Positions 1 to 14,554 of a DNA stretch of 64,000 nt are shown here, in pieces. Both the position numbers and the translations under genes were made by a program. Origin of the DNA: Eledone cirrhosa (taxonomy: Eukaryota); contig OZ024742.1 in the NCBI GenBank assembly GCA_964016885.1, forward strand, positions 287,060,001-287,124,000, in the 5' to 3' direction. A model generated the notes under the pieces. It saw only the letters and a list, made by a program, of their open reading frames with translations. It made no database searches and had not been told where the DNA came from. The first letter of the stretch is position 1. Each line of letters begins with the position of its first letter.

Positions 1-59
1 TGTCATGGTTACTTTGATCATTTCACAGCTTGTACCAGGTTGGCTTTTGTTTTTCCTAG

Positions 60-330
60 CGCAACCACTACCACTTAACAGAGTGAACTGGGTGCCTTTT
101 TTTTTCATGACACCAGTACTACCACTTTATAGTGTGGGCTGGACATTTTATGGTGGCACCAGCACTACTACTTTACAGAGTGGACTGGATGTTTTTTTCC
201 TGGTTCCAGCACTACCACTTTACAGTGTGGGCTGAACACATTTTATCGTGGCACCACCACTACTACTTTAGAGTGTGTGCCGGATCATTTGATTGTGGCA
301 CCATCACTACCACTTTACAGAGTGGGCTGA
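60..330. repeat. Degenerate tandem repeat (CACCACTACTTTACAGAGTGGRCTG core), related to the RTE/SINE 3'UTR motif
   Basis: About 5 imperfect copies of cactaccactttacagwgtgkgctg, similar to accacatttacagtgtgg in the RTE 3'UTRs of this window. Confidence 0.55.
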
Positions 331-1579
331 ATGATGATTCAACCCATGTATAACTGCTGCGATAGTTTTCCTGACAAGAGATGTTTTAATATAAAACTGC
401 CAATGAAACAGCCACAAGTAAAACTGTACCCAATTACAACATTAACAATATAAACATTTCATTAGAACATCAAAGTCCAATATCCTAATTACTTAATCAT
501 CAATTTTCCATAACATTTTAAATAGCAGCAATGGTTCAAATTCTTTCAAAGCTTTCATACAAGAAAATCTCAACAGAAGAGTTCCAGCTAGATCCTGTCA
601 ACAAAATTTCCATACAGTTTAAATACACAAGTCTTCAATATCCAAATGGTACACAGGAATCATGACCGAGGTGCGGCCCAGCTCCTTTAGAGGGTAAGAA
701 GTTAAGGGCCGAAACAGTTGCTTGAAGGGAGGATTCTTCTCTGAAGACCTTCTGCTGTCCAGCTCTCCTGAGAGTTTCTTACCATTTGTGATAGATACCT
801 AAGATATAACAGCAATTATTGATACTTATAGATACCCAAAATTATTGATAATTAAAGATATCCAACATATAACAGCAATTATTGATAATTAGCTATGATT
901 ATAATCAACTATAATAACAGCGAATGTATGTGTATTTATTTATATATTTGTCCATCACTCACTGAAAGGAGATGAGGAAGGAAGGGGTTGGTGACAACCT
1001 TTAGAAAAAAGCAATCAGTGTTCTAAGATGCCGCTACACTTGTGTGAGTATATGTGTAGCAAATTGGCTACTATTACTGTAGTGTGTGTGAATATATGTA
1101 AACTTGTGTGAGTGTATGTGTGTTTCTGTATATATATTTATATACTCATACATATAAATATATACATATGCACACCAAGATATTATCTTGGTTATCTCTG
1201 TTAGTAATGGATATTTTGTTTTTTTTTTGCCCCAAAAATATACAATAAAAGAATTAAGCTAAAAACTTGGTTTTGTACCCTTAAAACATTACAATTAACT
1301 GTCATTTTTGACGGCACAGCCAATGTGTTTATATATTTATCTGTCACACACTGGAAGGGAAAGATACATAGACAATAGAATTGCAAACACACATGCACAT
1401 ATCTACACATACATATACAGATGCATTAGACAAAATAATTATTACATACACACACATCTATGTGATGACTGAGGAAATAAGGGCGTGGTGAGAAACTATA
1501 GAAGACCAGCGTTCTAAGTTTCATTACACTTGTACACTAATTAGATACTATAAAGGCATAGTGTTGGTGAGACAATAAA

Positions 1580-1955
1580 TGTACCCAGTACACACTGTAA
1601 AATATTGGTAATAAGAAGGGCATCCAGCTGTACTGTAGAGAACTTGCTAAACAAAGAGTAGAGTGGATTTTTCAGTTGTGTCATAGCCATGACATCTCAT
1701 ATTGGTACTACGATAAAATGTACTCAGTACACTCTGTCGAATGTGGCCATGACAACATCTCTCATACTGGTACCACAATAAAATGCACCCAGTATACTCT
1801 GTAGTGTGTGGCCGTGACAACATCTCATACTGGTACCACAATATAATGCACCCAGTACACTCTTTAGAGTGTGGTCATGACAACATCTCTCATATTGGTA
1901 CCACAATATAATGCACCCAGTACACTCTTTAGAGTGTGGTTATGATAACATCTCT
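1580..1955 (+). repeat. RTE/SINE 3'-motif fragment followed by a 63-65 bp tandem repeat
   Basis: aagaagggcatccagctgta at about 1613-1631; units gacaacatctc...tggtaccacaat...cccagtacactct start at 1751, 1816, 1879 and 1944. Confidence 0.65.
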
Positions 1956-2594
1956 TGTGTTAGTGGGGTGGCTGTTACAGCGCGTGTCTGACCATTTTCT
2001 GCAGTAATGCCTTTGCCATTTTGTCCATGAGACTCAGCTGAAGCACCACCCAGACTGTCTGTCCCTCCCCCTCTACCTTGCTTTCGTTGCTTGATCTTTT
2101 GGTTTTTTTTTCTTCTTTTCATTTCCTTCTTTCTTCCTTTTAGTAGTGTGTTTTGTTTCTATTAGAAACTGCTCAATAATTTCTATATGTCAATGGTTTT
2201 ACATGACATTGTGAGATTTTGTATATTGAATATGTCTGTTTACATTTCAATTATTTTATAATAAAAAGAGAGTTTCCAGAAATAAAATTATTTCTGAGAT
2301 TTCACATATCAAATAAACCCCACAAGGAATTCAAATTCTTTAATAAACAAGGTTTATACATTCTTCACATTAAATTCTGGGCTGAGGAATGTTTCTTCAC
2401 CAAGTAGCCAATAATCAGCCAAACATTACAAATGATGATGATCATCATCATTTAACATATATTTTCCATCTAGCATGGGTTAGACAAGTTGTTATGTTAT
2501 GAGGCAAGATATGTCTGGTGTCTGCGTCCTACTCATACAATTTGTGTTTGGTTGGTTTTCTACTGCTGGATACCTTTCCTAATACCAACCATCA

Positions 2595-3075
2595 ATAATA
2601 TCATCCTAAACACATCCCAATAATATCCACCTAAACACATTACAATAATATCCACCTAAACACATTACAATAATATCAACCTAAACACATTGCAATAATA
2701 TCAACCTAAATACATCCCAATACCAACCTAAACACATTGCAATAATATCAACCTAAACACATTGCAATAATATCAACCTAAACACATTGCAATAATATCA
2801 ACCTAAACACATTGCAATAATATCAACCTAAACACATTGCAATAATATCAACCTAAACACATTGCAATAATATCAACCTAAACACATTGCAATAATATCA
2901 ACCTAAACACATTGCAATAATATCAACCTAAACACATTGCAATAATATCAACCTAAACACATTGCAATAATATCAACCTAAACACATCCCAACATCAACC
3001 TAAATTCATCAGAATACTAACCTAAACACATGCTAATAATATAAACCTAAACACGTTGTAATATTATAAACCTAA
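2595..3075. repeat. 25-bp minisatellite AATAATATCAACCTAAACACATTGC
   Basis: Perfect head-to-tail copies at about 2741-2985 with degenerate edges; no spacers. Confidence 0.95.
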
Positions 3076-3188
3076 GCACTAATCAAAACTAGTTTCCATA
3101 TTAAAAGTTTCCAATGGTTACCTATCAGCCTGTCACTTTGTTCCAACTTTAGCACCATCTGACTATTTCACCAACTTTGGAAAATTAC

Positions 3189-3417
3189 TTGAAAATGTGA
3201 GAATCCCCAAAGCAGAAAATAGCTGTTATAAATAATGGCTGAGATAATCAGGTAAAATTTCCCTAGAGACAGAAATAAAATAAACAAAGGCACCCCAAGA
3301 TGTGCCTCTGTTCCCTCTTTTCTGTTTCTAGGGATATTTTACCTGATTATCTCAGCTATTATTTATATTGTCTGTTATTACAAATATTTTCTGCTTTGGG
3401 GATTCTCACATTTTCAA
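3189..3417. mobile_element. Fold-back/MITE-like palindromic element (about 230 bp)
   Basis: ttgaaaatgtgagaatccccaaagcagaaaata matches tattttctgctttggggattctcacattttcaa; inner arms ctgagataatcaggtaaaat/attttacctgattatctcag; apex aggcac-loop-gtgcct. Confidence 0.75.
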
Positions 3418-3459
3418 ATTTACAATCTCCAAGGACTTCGAGAATTCACACAATAAAAT

Positions 3460-3580
3460 TATGAAAGGATGAAAGACAAAGTTGACCTTGGTGGGATTTG
3501 AACTCAGAGAGCAGAAAGCCAAAACGAATACCACAAAGTACTCTATCTGACATAACGACTCTGCCAATTTGCTACCTTAA
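3460..3580 (-). mobile_element. tRNA-derived SINE fragment (family A)
   Basis: Reverse-complement B-box (ggatttgaactc) with gaaaggatgaaagacaaagttgacct; homologous to 47479-47865 and 53922-54960. Confidence 0.7.
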
Positions 3581-4391
3581 CTATATTTAATGATCTTTAA
3601 ATATGAGCAAAGGATCTCATAAAGAAAAAGTCATTCCAGAATAGAAAAGTAATTCTGTAAAAGCTACAACTGTACAAAGAATGTCTATCTTTAACCTCTG
3701 ATATTAAAACATTAATATGACAATGTTAAACTTTACAGAATAGCAAGGAAAGAATGAGTAAGCAACCATCATCATTTGTTCGTTTTTTTGTTTGTTTTGT
3801 TTTTCTTGCCCTAAACACTCACATTTATTTGAAATGGCCCATGAGCTGGGGGTGGCTGTTGCAAGGGGTGTCACTGGCCATTCTCCATGCTTTTGTCCTT
3901 TTGTCCATGTGGCACAGCTGAAACACCACTCCCTCCCCCTCTCACTGTCTTTCATTGCTTAATTCTTTTTGTTGTTTTTTGTATTGTTCCCTTTAACAGT
4001 GTGTTCTGTTTCTGTATAAGCTTTGGAAAATAAAATAGGATTTCTTCCAAAGAAAGAAATTTACAATTTGCATATTAAAAATAAGAAAGAAAAAACAATT
4101 AAATAGCAAAAGTAAGAGAAAGGGTAGACTCTAGACCCAGTCAAGTCAGTGTATCTCAACTGAGCCCCATGGACAAAATGAAGGTATTGCCACGGAGAAC
4201 AGCCAGTGACATATGCTGTATCACCCACTCTACCTCACATACATATATATACATATATATACATATATGTGACATTTTTTGCGATGCATGGTATTGCTGG
4301 CCATAAGCAAGTCCGAAGGAGGACTAAAAGACCACGTCCTTCATGATCATATTTAAGTATCAAGCGATGTCATTACTCGAAATCGAGTAAT

Positions 4392-4434
<43 letters not shown>

Positions 4435-4487
4435 ATATGTATATGCATATATATATATACATATATATATATATATGTGTGTATACG

Positions 4488-5125
4488 CATCATCATCATC
4501 ATCGTTTAACGTCTATATTCCACGCTAGCATGGGTTTGGACGGGAATTGTCCCACTTGAGGCAAGATTGGTCGTCTTGCTTGTATAGGACTGTCTGGCAG
4601 GTTCTCTATGCCCTTCCTAACACCAACCAAGTTTACAGTGTGGACTGGGAGGTTTTTCCCGTGTTACCTACACAGCCACATTACAGCGTGGACTGTGTGT
4701 TTTTTTGTCATGACACCTACACGACCTCATTTGTTTAGGACTGGATGTTGTGGTACCAACATAACTTTACAGAGAAAGAGGTGGTGGAGTTGGGGTAGTG
4801 GGATGGGGGGTGTATATTTGATTAAGAGGTGCCTACTGACTGTAGGTTTCGCTTTGTACTTAGGCAAAGCGGGCTTTCTGTATTACTGCATAGAGCCAAA
4901 GATCTTGATGTAGTGACATTGTCTTAGAGAGGTGTAAGTATGTAAGGTCGGAATTTATCAAATCATCCCAGGTTTCTCTGGGTCTGCCTACTCCGTAACT
5001 TCCGTCAATTTTGATCTCCCTGCACTTTTTTATACAGCTGTCGTCTTTCATGCGCATCACGTGACCATACCAACGCAGTCTTCTCTCGAGTAAACAGCAT
5101 CTGGTCCCTCTTATACCTAATTTCT
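4488..5125 (-). mobile_element. 5'-truncated RTE LINE, older subfamily
   Basis: (CAT)n tail, RTE 3'UTR, ORF end MRMKDDSCIKKCREIKIDGSYGVGRPRETWDD; flanked by TA repeats. Confidence 0.9.
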
Positions 5126-5140
5126 CACTTCATATATATG

Positions 5141-5182
<42 letters not shown>

Positions 5183-5302
5183 AATATATATATATGTATA
5201 TTTGCATATATATCAATATGCCCAGACATGTAGATATATTGCCCTTGGTATGACAGTGTGGTTTTAGCTCAATGTAGGATAACTAGTATACTACAGAGCC
5301 CT

Positions 5303-5717
5303 TATAGTTATAGGAATAACCAAAGAGTGCTTAGAAATACATTGTTTTATTAGCTAACAGTGTTTCATCCATACACCATTGCAGGAATCTTCAGAGCCTA
5401 TAAACATGAGTATATCAGTAGTTGCATGCTCCATTGAGTTGCATCACCAGAACAAGGTTAAATGACCAGCAGGGGCGTCCCGAGGCTAGCGCTATATGGA
5501 AAAAGACAGAATACATGATGCACATAATGTCATAAAATGTCTTCAAAATTTCAAAATTTTTAATTTTGGTGTAATTATTAATTTTGAAATTTTTAAGACA
5601 TTTTATGACATTATGTTTATAGGCTCTGAAGATTCCTGCCATGGTGTATGGATGAAAGACTGTTAGCTAATAAAACAATGTATTTCTAAGCACTCTTTGG
5701 TTATTCCTATAGCCATA
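5303..5717. mobile_element. Penelope-type pseudo-LTR in inverted arrangement with hammerhead-like motifs
   Basis: 105-bp inverted arms 5303-5407 and 5613-5717, plus 37-bp arms 5522-5558 and 5580-5616; CTGAAGA...GAAA core at 5622-5668 (+) and 5352-5398 (-). Confidence 0.65.
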
Positions 5718-5733
5718 TATATGTATATGCATA

Positions 5734-5789
<56 letters not shown>

Positions 5790-5870
5790 CATACATACAT
5801 ATACATATTCATATACATACATATATATATATATATACATACATATACATATATATATTCATATACATAC

Positions 5871-5903
<33 letters not shown>

Positions 5904-5904
5904 C

Positions 5905-5968
5905 ATCACGTTTAAACCCATGCTAGCGTGGAAGATAGACGTTAAATGACGATGATGATGATGATGAT
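5905..5968 (+). mobile_element. Minimal RTE 3'-end fragment
   Basis: acccatgctagcgtggaagatagacgttaaatgacgatgatg embedded in (TA)n. Confidence 0.75.
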
Positions 5969-5969
5969 A

Positions 5970-6019
<50 letters not shown>

Positions 6020-6048
6020 TATATATACAGGGTGTGGACGATATTTGT

Positions 6049-6390
6049 GGAGGCACATGGCTTAGTGGTTAGAGCATTGGCCTTGCAATCGAAAGGTTGC
6101 GAGTTCAATTCTCAGACCGGGTGATGTGTTGTTTCCTTGAGCAAGACACTTTATTTCAGATTGCTCCAGTTTACTCAGCTGTAGAAATGAGATGATAAGG
6201 ACTGGGGTCCTTATCATTCCACTGTAAAATGGTCGTGGAGGTGCCACGGCAAAAAAGCACCCAGCACTCACTGTAAATTAGGTTGATGTTAGGAAGGGCA
6301 TCCAGCTATAGAAATCAAGCCAGAATCAGTTCCCATCCCACCCTTGCAAGCAGGGAAAAAGCGGACGTAAAATGAAATGAAATGAATGAA
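6049..6390 (+). mobile_element. tRNA-headed SINE (family B) with RTE-derived 3' tail
   Basis: A-box tggcttagtgg, B-box gagttcaattc, core ccttgagcaagacactt; tail gttaggaagggcatccagc...gcaagcagggaaaaagcggacgtaaaatga shared with RTE 3' ends. Confidence 0.85.
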
Positions 6391-6826
6391 ATATATATAT
6401 ACATATATATATATATACATATATACACATATACATATATATATATATATATACATATATACATATATATATATACATACATATATACACATACATATAT
6501 ACATATATATATGTACATATACATATATACATATATATATTCATATATATATATACATATATATATATACATTTTAGTCCAGAATTAGCAGTCGAAACGG
6601 CTTGCGCTCAACCGTCGGGGTCCTACTCGTTCCTATATACATATATATATACATATATATATATATACATACATATATATATACATATATATATACATAT
6701 ATATATACATACATACACATAAATATACATATACATATATATATACATATATACATATATATACATATATATACATATACATACATATACATATATATAT
6801 ACATATACATATATACATATATATAC

Positions 6827-6889
<63 letters not shown>

Positions 6890-7022
6890 CATATATATAT
6901 ATACATATATATATATACATATATATATATACATATATATATATATACATATATATATATACATATATATATATATACATATATATACATATATATATAT
7001 ACATATATATACATATATATAC

Positions 7023-7053
<31 letters not shown>

Positions 7054-7141
7054 CATATATACATATATACATATATACATGTATATATACATATATATAC
7101 ATATATATATACATATATATACATATATACATATATATATA

Positions 7142-7748
7142 GTGGCTGCCAACTCGTTTTCGAGTACGGCCACTACTTTATATCCATGTAGGAGAACCCC
7201 TACCGATGCGCTGAACGAGTGTGACTTTTTAGTCCAGCCAGCGACTTGAAAACTCTGGTACAAACACTACACTTGTGACAATTACTGACACATAGTGCTG
7301 GGCCCATGGTACCATGTGACGACAAGTGCAGAGAGATCTCCAGATATAAAGCAATGCCTGTGCCGTGAAGCTTTTATAGTGAGCAAAGGCACTGCACAAA
7401 GCCAGTCCCACTCTCTTAACCAAGATGATATTTACCAAAAAGAAGAACAAGTCAACATCATTGGATACCATCAGGGTTGCAGGTGTTATATCAGAGTTTT
7501 CCTTCTCCTAGAATTCTGCCTTGACAAAGGCTAAGGGGTCATCTCTCCCGGTGATTTTGGATGGCCATTGACTCTTAAGAGCTCCTTTGCCCTTTGACAG
7601 GTTTTGTTTTTAGTCCTGCAGGATGTCCAAAGTCACCCTCCTCACCAAGAAACCTTGGTGGGGTTGCCAGTTTAGTCGCCAACGACCCGACCATGGGACA
7701 GGTTGTACTGGGATACATGTTACCAGTAGCACCAACTGGTGACCTGAC
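7142..7748 (-). mobile_element. Non-autonomous internally deleted RTE-derived element (5'UTR joined to C2H2-encoding 3' end)
   Basis: Minus strand has the RTE 5'UTR-like motif tctaggagaaggaaaactctga and ends in a frame reading [25 protein letters not shown]; further copies at 38004 and 38434. Confidence 0.7.
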
Positions 7749-7981
7749 ATATATATATACATATATATATACATATATATATACATATACATATATACAT
7801 ATATATATATACATATATATATACATATATATACATATATATATACATATATATACATATATATATACATATATATACATATATATACATATATATACAT
7901 ATATATATACATATATATATACATATATATATATACATATATATACATATATATACATATATATATATATACATATATATA

Positions 7982-8707
7982 TGCATGCTCCGCTGGATGT
8001 GTAACAGTAATATACGTGAACGGCAAAGCATAAACGAACTAAGGAAAAAATTAGAGATAAGAGGGATCAGATGTTGTTTACTCGAGAGAAGGCTACGTTG
8101 GTATGGACACGTGATGCGCATGAAAGTCGATAGCTGTATAACAAAGTGCAGGGCAATAAAGATAGACGGTAGTCACGGAATAGGCAGACCTAGAAAAACC
8201 TGGGACGAGCTGATAAACTCCGACATCACACACTTACACCTCTCCAAGACAATGTCACTGGACCGAGACCTTTGGCGGTACTCAGTAACAGAGAAGACCC
8301 GCCTTACCTAAATATATAGTAAAACCTACTCCAGCCAGTAGGCATCTCTAACAAAATACACCCCGTCCCACCACCCCCACCCCCACCCGATCCACACCAC
8401 CCCGTTCTATGTAAAGTTATGTTGGTGCCGCGCCATCGAGGCCGAAACAAATGAGATCGTGTAGGTGTCACGACAAAAAAACACACAGTCCACGCTGTAA
8501 TGTGGCCGTGTAGGCAACACGGTAAAAACCTCCCAGACCCACACTGTAAATGTGGTTGGTGTTAGGAAGGGCATCCAACTGTAGAAAACCTGCCAGACAG
8601 TCCTATGCGAGCAAGACAATCACTCTTGCCTCAAGTGGGACTACCCCCGTCCAAACCCATGCAAGCATGGAACACGGACGTTAAATGATGATGATGATGA
8701 TGATGAT
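7982..8707 (+). mobile_element. 5'-truncated RTE LINE (single 3'UTR unit subfamily)
   Basis: ORF 7985-8311 matches the C-terminus of the intact ORF; 3'UTR and (GAT)n tail; TA arrays on both sides. Confidence 0.95.
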
Positions 8708-8871
8708 ATATATATACATATACATATATATATATACATATATATATATACATATATACATATATATATATATACATATATATACATATATACATATATA
8801 TATATATACATATATATACATATATATATATATAAATATATATACATATATATATATATACATATATATAC

Positions 8872-8902
<31 letters not shown>

Positions 8903-9177
8903 CATATATATACATATATATACATATATATATATATACATATATATACATATATATACATATATATATATACATATATATACATATATATACATATATA
9001 TACATATATATATATACATATATATACATATATATACATATATATATATACATATATATACATATATATATATATACATATATATACATATATATATATA
9101 TACATATATATACATATATATATATACATATATATACATATATATATATATACATATATATACATATATACATATAT

Positions 9178-9224
<47 letters not shown>

Positions 9225-9227
9225 TAC

Positions 9228-9258
<31 letters not shown>

Positions 9259-9313
9259 CATATATATATATACATATATATATATATACATATATATACA
9301 TATATATATATAC

Positions 9314-9384
<71 letters not shown>

Positions 9385-9419
9385 CACATATATATATATA
9401 TACATACATATATATATAC

Positions 9420-9474
<55 letters not shown>

Positions 9475-9599
9475 CACATATATATATATATACATACATA
9501 TACACATATATATATATACATATACACATATATACATATATATATATATACATATACACATATATACATATATATATATATACATATACACATATATAC

Positions 9600-9630
<31 letters not shown>

Positions 9631-9651
9631 CATATATATACATATATATAC

Positions 9652-9698
<47 letters not shown>

Positions 9699-9709
9699 CA
9701 TATATATAC

Positions 9710-9802
<93 letters not shown>

Positions 9803-9809
9803 CATATAC

Positions 9810-9874
<65 letters not shown>

Positions 9875-9877
<3 letters not shown>

Positions 9878-11407
9878 CGTTTCTGAATTTGTTTAGCAAG
9901 ATTCTTTATCTGAAATCGTGTGTTGAAACCGATATTGTTATACTTTGGGAGGGTCATGTTGCCAATAAGAAACACACGCACCAGTTGCTTTCACTTCAAT
10001 TTATTATATATTTATAAATTTATAAATTTACAAATCTACAAACTTATAAATTTCTGGTTGGTTGGTTGGTTCCACAACCAGATAGTTGTTTATATATAGT
10101 CATAGTCCTTTTGTTACACACTCTGTGACCTCTTCAGTGACTGGGGTTACCATTAACAACCCAAAACAAATCCTCCATTCCCATTATGCCAAACCCATGA
10201 CTTCCAAACATCTGATCCACCGAAACTCGGTCATTTCGGACCATACCAAAATCAACATACTGATTGCGGTTTGGTACGGGTGATGAGAAATGTGTCCCGC
10301 ATGTGCAACCCCGAAGAACTAGAGAGACACATACAACACTTCATCCACCGTATGCAGTTCTCTGGCTACAATCGGAGAGATAGAATCAGAGTGTATAGAG
10401 GAGCCAGAACCAAATGGGAAAAAATGGTAAATAATGACATAAATGGGACCTGCCCCTTGTATAGGAGCAAATTTTGGAATAGAGTAGAAAGAACTAGGAA
10501 CAAGGCCAATAGAATAAACTCATGGTATGATAGCAATAAATACCAGAGTGTAATGTTAATCAATACAACCCTTAGAGGCGAAGTAGCCTACAAATTTAGA
10601 AGGGCCCTAAATAAACATAAACTCAATATTAAGATAGTAGAAAGACCAGGTACCTCCGTAAAAACACTTATTAGCAAGACATACCCGTTCCAAAGACCCT
10701 CATGTATAGATAAGAAATGTATAACCTGTAAAATAAGCCCCCATATTAACTGTAAAACTAGAAATGTAGTGTATAGCATAAGATGTACTGAAGGACAATG
10801 TAGAAACAAAAATATAGTGTACTTAGGTGAGACAGCTCGTAGTATAGGGGAATGGATAAATGAACACTGGTGAGACCTTCAAGATAATAAAGAATCATCT
10901 GTACTCTACCAACATGATAAGATAGAACACAAGGGTAAATTAGAGAACATAGAAATAAAAATAGAATCCACACACAGAAAAGATGCAATGTTTAGGCAAA
11001 TTACAGAGGCAGTAAGCATAAAAGAATTACAACCAAAATTAAATAGAAAATATGAGAGGAACAGCAACATCACAACTTACAATTAAGGACAAAATGAAAA
11101 CACACACACACATAGAACAAACAACCAACCAACAACATGTAAATAAATAAACAAATAGATAAATGAAAACAAACACACAGAGACACCCGGATGTGGCGCA
11201 TGCGCAAACTGAGCACACAACACACACACAGAAACAAAATGGCGTAGGACAGAAGAAAGGAAAGGCACAGAAACAAAGTAAGGAATCCCCAGTCACTGAA
11301 GAGGTCACAGAGTGTGTGACGAAAGGACTATGACTATATATAAACAACTATCTGGTTGTGGAACCAACCAACCAACCAGAAATTTATAAGTTTGTAGATT
11401 TGTAAAT
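9875..11407 (+). mobile_element. 5'-truncated Penelope-like element (RT thumb plus GIY-YIG endonuclease) with inverted pseudo-LTRs
   Basis: YAKPM..HLIHRNS motif, then NVVYSIRC...IVYLGETARSIGEWINEH; frameshift near 10270 and stop at 10871; 121-bp inverted arms 10026-10146 and 11287-11407. Confidence 0.9.
11291..11335 (+). ncRNA. Minimal type I hammerhead ribozyme in Penelope pseudo-LTR
   Basis: agtca-CTGAAGA-g-gtcaca(gagtg)tgtgac-GAAA-ggac-TA-tgact: stem I agtca/tgact, 6-bp stem II, vestigial stem III. Confidence 0.75.
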
Positions 11408-11667
11408 GTATATATATATATGTATATATACATATATATACATATATATACATATATATACATACATATATATACATATATATACATACATATATATATA
11501 TATATACACACATATATACACATACATATATATACATACATACATATATATACATATACATATATATACACATATATATATATACACATATATACACATA
11601 TATATATACATATATATACACATATATATATACATATATATACATATATATATATATATATACATAC

Positions 11668-11703
<36 letters not shown>

Positions 11704-12001
11704 ATACATATATATACATATATATATAGATATACATACATATATATACATATATATATAGATATACATATATATACACATATATATAGATATACATATA
11801 TATACACATAATATAGATATACATATATATACACATATATATAGATATACATATATATACACATATATATAGATATACATATATATACACATATATATAG
11901 ATATACATATATATACACATATATATATATATGACATATATATACATATATATATATATATACATATATATACATATACATATATATATACATATATATA
12001 C

Positions 12002-12062
<61 letters not shown>

Positions 12063-12118
12063 TACATATATATACATATATACATATATATATATATATA
12101 CATATATATACACATATA

Positions 12119-12176
<58 letters not shown>

Positions 12177-12189
12177 TATATACATATAT

Positions 12190-12222
<33 letters not shown>

Positions 12223-12897
12223 TATATATATACATATATATACATATATACATATATACATATATATATATATACATATATACATATATATACATATATA
12301 CATATATATACATATATACATATATATATATATACATATATACATATATACATATATACATATATACATATATATATACATACATATATATACATATATA
12401 CATATATATACATATATATATACATATATACATATATATATATACAATATATACATATATATACATATATACACATATATATACATATATATACAACATA
12501 ATATATACATATATATAGATATATGCATATATTCCTTGTCTGGCTTTCTGGAGAATAGAGGAAAGGTGTTTCCTCAAAAACCAGTATGACTCTAAAAACC
12601 GGTTTGTCTGTGTGTTTACATACAGAATAGCTGGCCACTCACAGTAAAGTGATCAGTGAAAAAAAACTTGGTACATCTACATATGTATACGTGTGTGTAT
12701 TCATATACATACTAGTATTTCAGTATACATATATGGATGTACATCTTTGACTTAATTGTTTATACATATATACATATATATACATATATATACACATATA
12801 TATACATATATATAGATATATGCATATATATACATATATACATATATATACATATATACATATATATACATATATACATATATATACATATATATAC

Positions 12898-12946
<49 letters not shown>

Positions 12947-13115
12947 CATATATATACATGTATATACATATATATATACATATATACATATATATATACA
13001 TATATACATATATATATACATATATACATATATATATACATATATACATATATATATACATATATATATATATATACATATATATACATATATACATATA
13101 TATATACATATATAC

Positions 13116-13164
<49 letters not shown>

Positions 13165-13195
13165 CATATATATACATATATACATATATATATAC

Positions 13196-13246
<51 letters not shown>

Positions 13247-13278
13247 CATATATATACATATATACATATATATATATT

Positions 13279-13407
13279 CCTGATGATTTCTAATGAATGA
13301 AACAGTTCAAGTCCTGTAGAATCTCTTCTATATTAAAACTGTTATACTCTGCTATGTATTGAGTACCTTACTTACTGTGGTTACCTCAGATTCAACCCGG
13401 AATAACG
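13279..13407 (+). mobile_element. Penelope-type pseudo-LTR fragment with partial hammerhead
   Basis: CTGATGA-tttctaatgaat-GAAAC-agttcaa-GTC-ctgtaga; homologous fragments at 46867-47060 and 50565-50670. Confidence 0.6.
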
Positions 13408-13417
13408 TATATATATG

Positions 13418-13453
<36 letters not shown>

Positions 13454-13462
13454 CATATATAC

Positions 13463-13497
<35 letters not shown>

Positions 13498-13614
13498 CAT
13501 ATATACATACATATATACATAAATATATATATATATACATATATACATATACATATACATATATATATATATATATACATATATATATACATATATACAT
13601 ATATACATATATAC

Positions 13615-13677
<63 letters not shown>

Positions 13678-13719
13678 CATATATACATATATACATATAT
13701 ATATATATACATATACATA

Positions 13720-13769
<50 letters not shown>

Positions 13770-13780
13770 CATATATATAC

Positions 13781-13811
<31 letters not shown>

Positions 13812-13853
13812 CATATATACATATATACATATATATATATATACATATACATA

Positions 13854-13903
<50 letters not shown>

Positions 13904-14162
13904 CATATATATACAGATAGATATATATACATATATATACACATATATATACAGATATATATACATATATATATACATATATATACATATACATATATAT
14001 ACATATATATATACATATATATATATACATATATATATACATATATATATATACATATATACATATATACATATATACATATATATACATATACATATAT
14101 ATATACATATATATACATATACATATAAAAATACATATAAATATATATGTATATATATATAC

Positions 14163-14211
<49 letters not shown>

Positions 14212-14240
14212 CATATATATATATACATATATATATATAC

Positions 14241-14309
<69 letters not shown>

Positions 14310-14364
14310 TATATACATATATATATATACATATATATATACATATATACATATATATATATAC

Positions 14365-14481
<117 letters not shown>

Positions 14482-14511
14482 CATATATATACATATATAC
14501 ATTATATATAC

Positions 14512-14554
<43 letters not shown>

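Noticed and set aside
665-765. Hammerhead near ggccc...gggcc-GAAAC...GTC
   Set aside because: No CUGANGA box or convincing stem I; at most a decayed remnant
2595-3075. 25-bp repeat array as a CRISPR locus
   Set aside because: Units are head-to-tail with no spacers, no cas genes, eukaryotic context
6049-6125. tRNA gene
   Set aside because: A and B boxes are present but there is no complete acceptor stem and it continues into a SINE body and tail
7660-7748. HDV-like ribozyme at the 5' end of the RTE-derived short element
   Set aside because: A CUAA and a possible P2 (ccagt/actgg) are present on the minus strand, but I could not fit P1, P3/L3 and P1.1 by eye; needs an RNAMotif or Infernal search
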